Below are positions 54,201-62,608 of a stretch of 64,000 bases of DNA, piece by piece. The DNA is from Mobula birostris (taxonomy: Eukaryota), in assembly GCF_030028105.1 (NCBI RefSeq), contig NC_092380.1, positions 21,663,144 to 21,727,143 of the forward strand. The letters are read 5' to 3'. The position numbers were made by a program, and so were the translations under genes. The notes under the pieces were generated by a model, which was not told the origin of the DNA, made no database searches, and saw only the letters and a program-made list of their open reading frames with translations. Each line of letters starts with the position of its first letter. Positions within the stretch are counted from its first letter, which is position 1.

Positions 54201-54794
54201 TAGAAGATTAGGCAAATACACAGCAGCTGCAAATACGGGCAGGGAAATGGCAGATGGATTTTGAGATTCTGCACTTTGGGAGGGCAGTGTAAAGCGATGG
54301 TACAAAAACAATGGTAGGACCCCTAAGAGCGTTGATGTGCAAAGGAATCCAAGTCCACAGCTCTCTGAAAGTTGATCGGGCGGTAACGAAGGCGTACAGC
54401 ACGCTTTCCTTTATAACTTGACGCAGTGAGTTCATGAGTATGGACATTTACACTCTAGCTTTTCAAAACTCGGGTTCGACCCTCTGACCGCTTCGTTATT
54501 CGTCACGCCCGACCCCTAAGCTTCCCCCACGCCGTCACCGGCATCCCTGACCCCAATTACCGCTCAGCCCCCTTCGTTACCCCGGTTCCCCCAATGTCCC
54601 CGACCAGTTAGTACCAGACCCCCATACATCTCACCCCTGCGCCTCTCGTACCCCCGACACCATCCTCATTTCCCCGACTCCCCCGCCCCTTCTCATCGTT
54701 CCCGAACCTCCCATTGCCCCCGATCCTGGATTCCCTGTTCCCCATTGTCCGCTCCCCAGACCCGGACACCTACAACATTTACCACTGCCGCCAT
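33121..54794 (-). CDS. thoc6: THO complex subunit 6 (WD40), 13 coding exons, ~331 aa
   Basis: Exons 54794-54783, 52793-52678, 52167-52103, 49740-49637, 49273-49236, 47836-47788, 46347-46276, 37656-37557, 37222-37173, 36914-36849, 36430-36320, 35689-35561, 33204-33121; all GT-AG, 996 nt, in phase. Motifs [81 protein letters not shown] match THOC6. Confidence 0.97.
33255..35480 (+). repeat. 72-bp minisatellite (ACAGTGACTACATCCCCTACACAGCCCCATCCCCTACC..CCCGGGTC)n, split by a hAT insertion
   Basis: Arrays at 33255-33430 and 34619-35480. Confidence 0.95.
33431..34618 (+). mobile_element. Non-autonomous hAT (Charlie/Buster-type) element with a transposase C-terminal remnant
   Basis: TIRs CAGCGGTCCCCAACC / GGTTGGGGACCTCTG; 8-bp TSD CCTTACCG / CCCTACCG; peptide [35 protein letters not shown] (hAT dimerisation region). 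Confidence 0.92.
35561..35689 (-). CDS. thoc6: THOC6 exon 12
   Basis: [43 protein letters not shown]. Confidence 0.93.
36320..36430 (-). CDS. thoc6: THOC6 exon 11
   Basis: [37 protein letters not shown]. Confidence 0.95.
36849..36914 (-). CDS. thoc6: THOC6 exon 10 (NAGNAG acceptor)
   Basis: (Q)[21 protein letters not shown]. Confidence 0.95.
37173..37222 (-). CDS. thoc6: THOC6 exon 9
   Basis: [17 protein letters not shown]. Confidence 0.93.
37557..37656 (-). CDS. thoc6: THOC6 exon 8
   Basis: [33 protein letters not shown]. Confidence 0.95.
37885..38612 (-). mobile_element. CR1 3' part (L1 target; continues at 44460-44600)
   Basis: CR1 tail and EYCVQF remnant; sequence resumes after the L1 TSD. 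Confidence 0.85.
39170..42958 (-). CDS. L1 ORF2p (APE endonuclease, RT, C-terminal CCHC), 1262 aa, open
   Basis: SYNVNG, QETH, GDFN, RIDY, SDH; [16 protein letters not shown]; CWRRC..H..WDC. Confidence 0.95.
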   Translation of the reverse strand: MQTELVKIISYNVNGVLNPIKRNKIMSKLKKERAQIAFLQETHMSQSEHGKLKRMGFKHVCYSTYKLSHKRGVATLISSTLNYEHISETRDKEGRFVKITGRIEGTEITLLNVYAPPGCEWSFYRHIFDLMVSPQGVVICGGDFNIRLNPILDSSRIVTQNKPLTRKVNSLMEELGIIDVWRELHPTSKDYTYYSFPHSAYSRIDYFFIFNTDRLRIKNCNIATIDLSDHSPVSMSLILERKMRKTLWRLNSHILNNPKVMERLRGEIKEYLDLNDTGETSPVILWDTLKAVLRGKIISITTHMKKINAQKLADLQGKLKQLQVVDSNKSNSNRKQEIRKLQSEIDDIYTLETQRNFLYLRQKNYEIGGKSARLLAYKLRKQQADNTIHKIKNPKTKLVESTIGKIQESFETYYRELYSQPRAPNEPYIDSVLNFLDLPKLTDLQNESLLEPVTVKELNVAISRLKAGKSPGSDGFTSEWYKSLKTQLAPLLLNTFKWILQRGETPPSWREAIISVIPKEGKDKLECGNYPPISVLNLDYKLFTSILARRLEKLLPGLIHLDQTGFIQQRQTQDNMRRTLQILEQVNKNETEIMVVGLDAEKAFDSVSWAFLYRVLGRFGFQEKFIKVIQTLYDSPTARIKINGDLSDSFILERGTRQGCPIFPLLFALYIEPLAQLIRQSEIVKGIKVAGIEQKVALFADDVLVYLSEPEKSFIGLFTLLDDFGKISGYKINVKKTQIMSLNYTPSKKLQDTYDLKWEAKLLKYLGITLPKDLSTLSQVNYGPLISEIKADMHRWNLIPFLSLNSRINTIKMNILPRLLYLFRTLPVEVDDNQFREWDKWISRFIWQGKKPRIRYNTLQLGKEGGGMVLPCLKNYFYASQITPLLYWCNREYKARWKEIEFGLVDSFPLQASIADKGLMAQLEKFKNAWINLTLKVWQKVVNSCGINNMLKLFRWCAYDTEFLPNRGDKRFELWIKKGLTTYLSFIDKRVLQSFQILQDNHGLEHNDFFRYLQVRNYVNQSCRYTDLSTVELEFFKILNSACSSIPSKSVSRLYNALSHAKNVNTLYIKEKWEKEAGLVLSEEAWEKTCSFQWSSTNSLTWREHCWKNIIRYFKTPYQEKYKDTNVMCWRRCGSKEANYFHIFWDCPKLSLFWEGIHRTLVKVLRSQIPLNFETLYLGHVLFLEQKEDIKLLQALLAASKKSITRKWLNPIPPTLEDWYEIILEIFKMEKLTYSLRTQKEKFYQIWNKWIEYITPMRADFR
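43321..44307 (-). pseudogene. L1 ORF1p (coiled coil, RRM, CTD) with a premature TAG at codon 9
   Basis: ATG ATG TCT AAG AAC AAG ATT AAA TAG (stop at 44283-44281), in frame with the 287-aa ORF containing [26 protein letters not shown]. Confidence 0.9.
44610..45170 (+). mobile_element. CR1 endonuclease fragment
   Basis: [25 protein letters not shown] remnants. Confidence 0.8.
45230..45800 (-). mobile_element. CR1 3' fragment
   Basis: [17 protein letters not shown] and 3' tail. Confidence 0.88.
46276..46347 (-). CDS. thoc6: THOC6 exon 7
   Basis: [24 protein letters not shown]. Confidence 0.95.
46982..47148 (-). pseudogene. Histone H2A pseudogene fragment
   Basis: [23 protein letters not shown](P) [frameshift] [31 protein letters not shown] versus H2[57 protein letters not shown]. 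Confidence 0.88.
47250..47770 (-). repeat. 52-bp minisatellite family, inverted relative to the 21-25 kb arrays
   Basis: GTGTCTGACCC..GTGTGATGGG units. Confidence 0.92.
47788..47836 (-). CDS. thoc6: THOC6 exon 6
   Basis: [16 protein letters not shown]. Confidence 0.93.
48303..48992. mobile_element. Tigger/pogo-like non-autonomous DNA element
   Basis: TIRs CAGTGGATTCCGGCTAATTGGG / CCCAATTAACCAGAATCCACTG; TA on the right flank, CA on the left. Confidence 0.85.
49236..49273 (-). CDS. thoc6: THOC6 exon 5
   Basis: [13 protein letters not shown]. Confidence 0.92.
49637..49740 (-). CDS. thoc6: THOC6 exon 4
   Basis: [35 protein letters not shown]. Confidence 0.95.
49840..52074 (+). mobile_element. 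Internally deleted, degenerate Tx1-clade LINE
   Basis: [36 protein letters not shown] (Tx1 EN), [12 protein letters not shown] (C-terminus), AATAAA and A-tail at 52050-52074. Confidence 0.75.
51240..51640 (-). mobile_element. Penelope-like 3' fragment with a degenerate hammerhead (51301-51338)
   Basis: [13 protein letters not shown], then CAGTC-CTGCCGA-AGGG..GAAA-TGTT-GACTG. Confidence 0.85.
52103..52167 (-). CDS. thoc6: THOC6 exon 3
   Basis: [21 protein letters not shown]. Confidence 0.93.
52678..52793 (-). CDS. thoc6: THOC6 exon 2
   Basis: [38 protein letters not shown]. Confidence 0.96.
53022..53350 (-). mobile_element. CR1/HER1 3' fragment, same family as 1925-2395
   Basis: [21 protein letters not shown]. 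Confidence 0.88.
53795..54000 (-). mobile_element. Penelope-like 3' UTR fragment with a hammerhead (53854-53891)
   Basis: TAGTC-CTGACGA-AGGG-TCTCGG-CCC-GAAA-CGTC-AACTG; nearly identical to 29060-29262. Confidence 0.88.
54783..54794 (-). CDS. thoc6: THOC6 coding exon 1 (MAAV; an alternative donor at 54773 gives MAAVVNV)
   Basis: gtgATGGCGG context; phase-0 donor GTAAAT. Confidence 0.75.
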
Positions 54795-55338
54795 CACCGG
54801 AGCGCATGCGCCCCACCGCTCCCCGCTCGAACCGGCGCCCGGCATCAAAAAGAAGCCAAACAATCTCCTCCGGTTTACGGATAAAATATACTTGTCGGCC
54901 GAACGCGGAGCCTGAAAATGTGCGTAAAACAAAATAATTATCGCCTGCGGAGATTGGCTGTGCCCTGCGGAGCATTCTGGGAGAGCAGACTCCTTTCACT
55001 TCGAAGCGCAGAAATAACAGGAAAAACGCTATTCCTTCAACACTTGTCCAAAAAAAGTTTCTGTACCACGTCTGAGTAAAAAATATCGTCTTTTTTACCC
55101 GGCGGTTGGGGGTGAGGAGAGTTGAGAGAACGCCTTTGGTTGCTATGGTGAGGCGGCGGCGCCCTCTGAACCCGGCGTATTAACGACGATACACGCTGGG
55201 TAATGTAGTCCGTCTCGGGTCAAGCATCGCTGGCAGTGGTGACGACACTGAGAGCGCGGACTACATCTCCCGGCATTTACGGTCCTGGGCCGCCCGCGCG
55301 AGAGGTGGCCATCTTGGAATCCGGCTGAAGGAGCTGCG
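54795..55338. promoter_or_regulatory. Bidirectional CpG-island promoter, THOC6 / MMGT1
   Basis: NRF1 palindrome GCGCATGCGC 54802-54811; ATTGG 54953-54957; divergent ACTACA-nn-(T/A)CCC ZNF143/THAP11 motifs at 55195-55211 (-) and 55259-55276 (+); YY1 GGCCATCTTGG 55307-55317; donor GTGAGT at 55339. Confidence 0.85.
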
Positions 55339-56200
55339 GTGAGTGACGAGGGGAAAGAAGGAGGTTGGGGTCGGGAATTGGGAAAGGAGAGGAGCTGGGA
55401 TGGGTGAGCGAGTGTCGTAAGGCCTAAGGTAGGCTGAGAAGTACAGGGAGAGGTGAGAGGAGACGTGGAGAGGGGCTGTTGTATCGGGGGAGTGAGGTGA
55501 GAGATTGGGTTTAGGGATGAGAGGTGTCTGTTCCTAAGGGTGGAGAGAGGGAAGTGAAGGTAGATCAAGCCAGTGGGTGGGGAGAGGAAGGCAGTAAAGA
55601 TCGGGGATGGGAGAACAGATGGATAGGATAAAGTGGCATGTTCCTGTTGGAGGAGCGAGGGGAATGCAGAGGTGGACATAGAGGGAGGTGGAGGTAGTGG
55701 GTGCGGAGAAGGAGGGCAGGGAGTGGGAGAACAGGTGGACAGGATGAGTGTGAGATTCCTGATGGAGGAGGGAGGGAAATGCAGAGATGGACATAATGGT
55801 TGGGAATTTTCCAGTGGTGGTGGAGAAGGATGGAAGGAGAAGAGCGTATAGATGGACGGGATAGAGGGTGAGACTTTCGCAGGGACAAAGTGAGGGAAGC
55901 TGGAGGAGGGAGCATGCAGATAGACAAGATTGGCTTTGGCTGTACAACTTCCTGGTCCAGGGTGGGAGTGTGAGGATGGAGGGATGAGAACTTAGAAGTG
56001 GACAGGACAGAGGGTGGGACTTTACTTGCTGAGTGGGCAGACAAAGGGAAGGAGGAAGAAGGGACGGGAGTTTACAATTGAACAAGATGGATGGAAGGGT
56101 TTTCCTGATGAGAGCAGGGTCGGATACTCTCTAATGGGATGGGTTGTGACCTGTTGCCCTCTCTTATCCTGCACCCCTGAAGCGTCCCTGTTGGGAGAAA

Positions 56201-56279
56201 ATGGCGTCAGCAGTATGGAAGGGACTGGTGGGGATGGGGCTGTTCGCCCTGGCACACGCTGCCTTCTCCGCGGCTCAGC
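56201..56279 (+). CDS. mmgt1: MMGT1 coding exon 1
   Basis: [27 protein letters not shown]|gtgagt. Confidence 0.95.
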
Positions 56280-56815
56280 GTGAGTATGGGATGGGGGAGT
56301 TGAGGGGAGGATGTTGGGGGGGGTGATGGTGTGGGAAGGGGGGTGGTTTGGACAGGAACAGTGTGGAGGGAGTGGCAGGAGAGTTTGTGCCCCAGGGGAG
56401 GGTGAGGGAGGGTCCAGGGTGGGGAGAGGGGTGGTGGGGGAGAGGAAGAGATTTTGCAGGGTGGTTGTGGAGTGAAATGAGGATGCCCAGGTTGCAGTTT
56501 CAGGGAGTAGAGGTGGGTTTGAGGGGTGTATGAAATTGAGGTACTGGTGGGGATGAGCAGGAGGATGGGATCTTGGAACATGAAGAGAGAGGTGCCCTGA
56601 GGGAGGGGAAATGGGGGGTGGTAAGTGAGTAGGGCCCTCTTACTCCCTGATATTTCCCATGTTTCTTATCCCCTCCCCAAGGACCCCACTCATCCCTCAG
56701 CCAAACCACTTCCCTGTGTTATCCTCGACAAGACTAACTCAGTCCCTCACTTCCCTTCCCAGATCGTTCGTACATGAGGTTGACTGAGAAGGAGAATGAG
56801 ACGCTGCCTGTAGAT
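56201..56815 (+). CDS. mmgt1: Membrane magnesium transporter 1 / EMC5, first two coding exons (remaining exons not found in the window)
   Basis: 56201-56279 and 56763-56815 give [44 protein letters not shown] versus recalled human [44 protein letters not shown]; GT-AG. Not in the ORF track. Confidence 0.95.
56763..56815 (+). CDS. mmgt1: MMGT1 coding exon 2
   Basis: [18 protein letters not shown]|gtgagt. Confidence 0.95.
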
Positions 56816-57899
56816 GTGAGTACTGGGGGGGGGGGGGGGGGAGGGAGGCAGGAGGTAGTGATGTGGTGTCTCAGTCCAGAGAGAGGGTGCACTCCGCCTC
56901 AAACAACAAGAGCACGTCTCTCCCAACCATTGGTAGTACCTACAGGAGGCGTTGCCCTAAGAAGGCAACATCCATCATCAAAGATCCCCACCGTCTGGCC
57001 CATACCACCTTTCCACATCTCCCATCGGGCAGGAGATACAGAAGCCTGAAGTCCCACACTACCAGGTTCAGGAACAGTGACTTCCCTTCAACCATCAGAT
57101 TCTTGAACCGATCTGCACAACCTTCATCACCTCTTGCAGGACCACAAACTTGTTTCTTATTGTGTCTTTGTTTCTACACTAATGTCCCACTCTGCACAGT
57201 CTCTTTCCCTCCTTGCCTTGTAAAATGTAAGTACGGTTAACATTCAATAATTCAGGTGCTGTCTGTGTCTTTGGTTTGGACTTCAAGGGTAAGATGGCAC
57301 TACTGAAGTTGTGCGACAGTTCATTGGTAGTTCAGATGGCAAGAAATAACAACTAAAACCATTACTAATAACACCTTTTCTGAAGTAAATTGTGGTAAAC
57401 TATCAGCACAAACCATGGAGAAGCAAGTGGAGGCGAAGGCTGGTTCGTAGAATGAGCCGTGCTGGTGCATTGCAAAGCTGAAGCGGACAGAGTTGGTATT
57501 GCGGTCGGAGATAGAGTTGGAGTGAGTGATTTGGAGAGGAGTCGATATGGAAGAGTTTTGATGCCTGTCCACCTAACCTGAGTGCGAGGTTGAATCGCCC
57601 CAAGTGCAGAGCTGATATGGTAAGATCGGGACCTTGCCCTTAACAGTGTATTGTCTGCTTGCATTTGTCCTACTGAGGTGTAACACCTTACACTTACCTG
57701 GCTTAAACTGCATCTGCCACTTCTCTACCCATACCTGCTACCGATGTATTGAGCTGTATTCTTTGCCAGTCTTTTACACAGGCTACAATCTTTGTATCGT
57801 GATACTGGTCTTGGTATCATCCACAGACTGACTTACCCACCCATCTTAAGTTGCAGGAAGAAATTGCAGCACAGCTGGCCAAAGTTAAAGTGTGAACAG

Positions 57900-60800
57900 C
57901 TTCCAGTGAGGTGGATAAGACACGGAAAAAACCCAACACAATGGCAGTGCTGATTCATTTGTTCCACAAGTATCTGTGAAACATGAGTTAGCACCCCAAA
58001 TGGTTGTTCAGGGTGTTCACTCTCAGCCTGCACGATGGAAGCACTCTGAACCGATGTCTTATTCTACTGCTCAATGTGCTCACGGGGGTGTTAACTTACC
58101 GCATGGAAACACTCGTGTTTTGGATGATAGATGTCTGAATAGTACTGTGGAGGCTATAAGGACGCAAAAATTAAATGCGTTGTATCTCTGCCTAAAGATT
58201 CGAATCTTCGATGACGATCCATTGCAGTATCATGCATTCATGAAGGCTTTTAAGAATAGTGTTGAAGGCGAGACTGATAACTATGGTGACCACTTCTATT
58301 TCCTTGAACAGTACATTGGAGGTCACCCCAGAGGGCTTGTCAGAAGTTGCCAGCATGTTGACCCTAAGGAAGGAGATCTAAAGGCGAAGGCTTTACTACA
58401 GGAACATTTTGGTAGTAAACAGGAAATTGCATTAGGCTACATGCAAAAGGCGCTTTCTTGGCCACCTATCAAATCTGAAGACGTGAAAGTTCTTCAAGGC
58501 TACAGTCTCTTTCTTAATGGCTGTTGTAATGCCGTGGGAGAAATATAGTACGTGCAAGAACTGGACATGCCTGCCAATAGGGATCTATAGAGAAGAGTGG
58601 TCTGTAAACTGCAAGCTAAGCACAACCGTGAAGCTACTTTCACCAACATCGTTGATTTTAAAGAGAAACAAATAAACGTGACTACATACCTGGTGTTTGA
58701 GAATATACAGGGTGCTACATCACCTGTAATAAGCAAAGGTGTGAACAAAACTAAGTAACAATTGCCTTCTAAGACCAAAGGAAGCAGCCTTGCCAGTACT
58801 GTGGCCACTGAGAAGTAAAGCTAAAACTGAACTTGGAACTAATGGAAGGGAAATGTTCTCGTCATCCAAAGGCATTTGTCTGTCCTGTGAGGGTGAACAC
58901 ACTTTGTGCCCTCAGTTGGAGAAAAGGCTCCTGGTGAGAAGATTGCCTTCCTAAAGGAAAATGGTGTTTGTTTTGGCTGTTTGTGTCCGGGCCTTTCATG
59001 CAAGGTATGCAGTGGCAGGTGTCCCAGCATACTTCATATTCGCTCTGATGAAAAGGGTGCAGATTTGAAACAAACTGTGAAAGAGTCAGACACAGCAGTG
59101 AGTAATGCCCTGATGTCTAATGTCCTTATGGGTGCTGGTGATCACGGTTGTAAACTTCCCATAATTCCTGTACAGGTGAAGTCTAAGAAGGTAACAAGTC
59201 AGTGGTTACTTGAGGAAGTACAGTGGTGTTTTTCACAGAGAGCCCAATGTACAAGCTCAACCTAAGAGGAAAAAGGGCACGCATTCTCCTGTGCACCATA
59301 GATCAAGAGACGGTCGTGAGTAGCTACAGTACATCGCTTCAGGATTGGAAGTAGCTGGCTTGGATAGTGAAAACTATTATGCACTGCTTAACATTTATAT
59401 GTAGGAAAGTAGGCCTGTCCTGAAAGGGAATATTCCTCATTAATGGAATCTCCGGGAATGGTCTCGCCTGAAACGTGTCCATTTGCTAGAGATTGATTCA
59501 TAAATTGAGCTGCTGATAGGGACAGATGTGCCTGGAGCATAGGAGCCATTTCAAGTGGTTCATAGCTTAATGGTGGGCCCTATGCAATCAGGACAATGTT
59601 GGGTTGGACTGTGAATGGACCACTGAAAGGTGACCATGGTGGAAGAGACCCGTGCTCAGTCTGGACTGACAGTGAATAGGAACTCAGTACTGAACTTGAA
59701 TTAGCTTTGGTAGCAGCAGTTCAAGGCAGACTTCCCTGAATTCAGTAAGGTTGAACGACCTGGTTTGTCAAGGGAAGGCCACATTCATCGGGTTGGTTGC
59801 AAATTCTGCAAAATTCGTAAATGTTAACATGCCTAATAATAGGAGGATTGCTAAACAGCGTGTTCTAAATTTAAGAGGGGTCAAGATAGTACTGGATGTG
59901 GAATGGTGCTTTCAGTCTGATACTTTCAAGTTTAAGGATCACAATCCAAGGTAGATCACTTACCAGAAGGGGAATCCGCCCCATCATTCCTCCTATAATC
60001 CCTTAGGAATCTTGAGTCCAGTGGTGTTATCTACTAAGAAGATCCCACAAGATCTATGAAGAAAGAGCTTGGCTAGGATGATGCTATACCAACATCAGTT
60101 GCTCACGAGTGGAAAAACCTGGTTGGGAGAACTGTGACAAATGGAAGACTTTAAGGTTTTAGATATTTGAAATCGTTGGATTTTTGGAGAAGTTGCTGCT
60201 GCAAGTGAAGGTGGCTCAGGAGCAGTGACCTACGTGTTGTTGTGCGGCGCGTGTTCGCAGGTGCACAGTGCTTTTATCATGGGAAAATGTAGGATGGCTC
60301 CATTGAAGTCAGTTTTTATCCCTCGTATGGAGCTCACTCTGCTATGGTGGCAAGCAGTATGCACATTGCAGAGAAAGGAGTTGCACATGCAGCTTCAGGA
60401 CTCAGTTTTTTGAACTGATAGTACTTCTGTGCTGAAGTATATCAAGAATGCAACTTCCAGGTTCTGAGCCCTCATTGCTAACAGGGTTTCAGAAATTCTC
60501 AAGGTTTCACAAACATCTAATGGAGGTATGGTCTCCAGAGAGTTGAAGGTGAAGGCTTTTCTGAAGAAAAAGACTTAGGCGTCAGGACCTCAGTATCTTC
60601 TTCAACCTGAAAACTAATGGCCTGTGAATCCTGATTGTTCTGGAGAACTTCTGTTAGATAATTCAGAAGTCAGGTGGATTGCTACAATGAATGTCATGCA
60701 GATTGAACTTGAGGTAGATGTGGTAACATATATAATCCATCATTTCTCGTCTTGGACCTGTTTGAGGAAGACAGTAGCCTGGATTCTTAGATTTAAGAGC

Positions 60801-62608
60801 CTGCCCTTGTTTCTTAGTTGGAAGAGGAAGCAATTGAATAACGTTGTTGCTCAGTCTGGCTTGAATGAAGAACAACAAGGCTATTCTTTGGGGAGTGAGA
60901 CTGAGAAGGCAAAGGGTCAGATTGGCTGAGATTGTTTCTCAGCGGAGGAGCTCAGAAAGGTTGAAATGGAGATTATTGGCTTTTTGCTCAAGAAAGACAT
61001 TTGCAGAAGAATTCTCGAGCTTGCATAGGGGAAGAAAGTGTGAATAGGAACAACCATATTTTCAAGCTCAATCCAATACTTGAAGATGGTGTCTTGAGAG
61101 TTGGTGGACGGTTTAGTGGGGCAGCCATGCTTGAAGGGACTAAACATCCTGTTATATTGGCAAAAGATCTTCATATCTCAGACCTCATTCTGAGGCATGT
61201 ACATCAAGAGCTGGAACATAGTGCCCTTAACCACATGTTATCCAGGTTGTGCCAAAAATACCAGATCCCCAGTGCTAGTACAGTAATAAGAAGAATACTG
61301 ACTAAGTGTGTTGTGTGTCGACGGTTGCACACAACTCCAGGATGCCAGCAGGTGGTGGATCTACCTCTGGGCAGGTTCTGGCAAGATGAACCTCCGTTTA
61401 CACATGGACTTCTCTGGACATTTTGAGGTGAAGAGCAGGAGTGCAGTGAAGAGATATGGGGTCATGTTTTCCTGTCTAGCTATACCAGCTGTTCACATTA
61501 AAGTGGCATCTTCTTTAGACACAAATTTCTTTGTTAATGCACTTCCATGTTTTATAGCAAACTGAGGACAGGTTTGTGAACTGCGCTCTGATAATGTGGT
61601 GAAATTTGGAGCTGAGCGTGAGTTCAAAGAAGCCATTGAGAAGTGGAATCATTCACAGACGATCACTGATGTCCATCAGAAAGAAATTAAGTGGATTTTT
61701 AACCCCCCCCCCCCCCCCCGGGGCTGGTTAACATCATGGAGGAACATAGGAGAGGTTGATCAGGTGTGTAAGCAATGTTCTCAATTCTACCATGAAGGTA
61801 CAGAATCTTGACAAATAGCTTTCCACCCTCCTTTGCAAAGCAGAAGCTATTATCGAGGATTGTCCAATTACTAAGGCATCCTCCAATTCCAATGATTTGG
61901 AAGCATCAACAACGAACCATCTTTTGCTTCTGAAGCCCTCACCATCCTTACCAGCAGGAGGGTTCCAAAAGAAAGACCTTTATGCATGTCATAGATGGAA
62001 ACAAGTCTAATACACGTCAAACTTGTTTTCGAAACAGTGGGTGAAGGAGTATTTACCACAGCAACAGGAATGTCAGAAATGATAGGGTATAAGACGCAAC
62101 TTCTTCCCAGGAGATATTGTGCTTGTAGTTGATGACACAATGCCTCTAAACTCATGGATCATGGGAAGAGTCATTCAAGTCTTTCCAAAGAGAAGACTAT
62201 TTGTGCGACAGGTACACATCAACACCAAGATCTGTCTTCTACAGAAGAGGTTTGAGGAGCTACAGCTCTAGAAACTTCAAGATTTTGACTTGACAGAGAA
62301 TGGTGGTAAAGATCACTTTGTACTGGGCTAAGTGTTGGTAACCTCTGGCCTACGTGACTATTGCTTGACTTGTCTGAAAGAAGGAGGGGTATTTGTGTGA
62401 ATGTTAAGATCTCATGTCTTCTATTTTTTAGTAGTATGTAGTTGTAATTATAGTGTAACAATTAAGGGCTGAGATGAAGGAACCATGTGTTTTCTGTCTA
62501 TTGTATTTTGTGTTGCACGTTTATTATGGGTAATTTGTCATGTGGGTTGGGGCGTGGTAGAAGTGAAGAGTGTAGTTACGTATTCATGCTCTGGAGAAAA
62601 TATTGCAA
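57900..62608 (+). mobile_element. Degenerate BEL/Pao LTR retrotransposon
   Basis: Gag (IFDDDPLQYHAFMKAF, FLEQYIGG), knuckle CFGCL..C..C, protease LPIIPVQV/ELLIG.D, RNase H APLKSVFIPRMEL, integrase LNPILEDGVLRVGGR..KHPVIL..H..H..CVVCRR; many stops; most of the RT missing. Confidence 0.92.

Noticed and set aside
57240-57630. 5' LTR/PBS or gag start of an LTR element
   Set aside because: No match to the putative 3' LTR or clear PBS could be established by eye.
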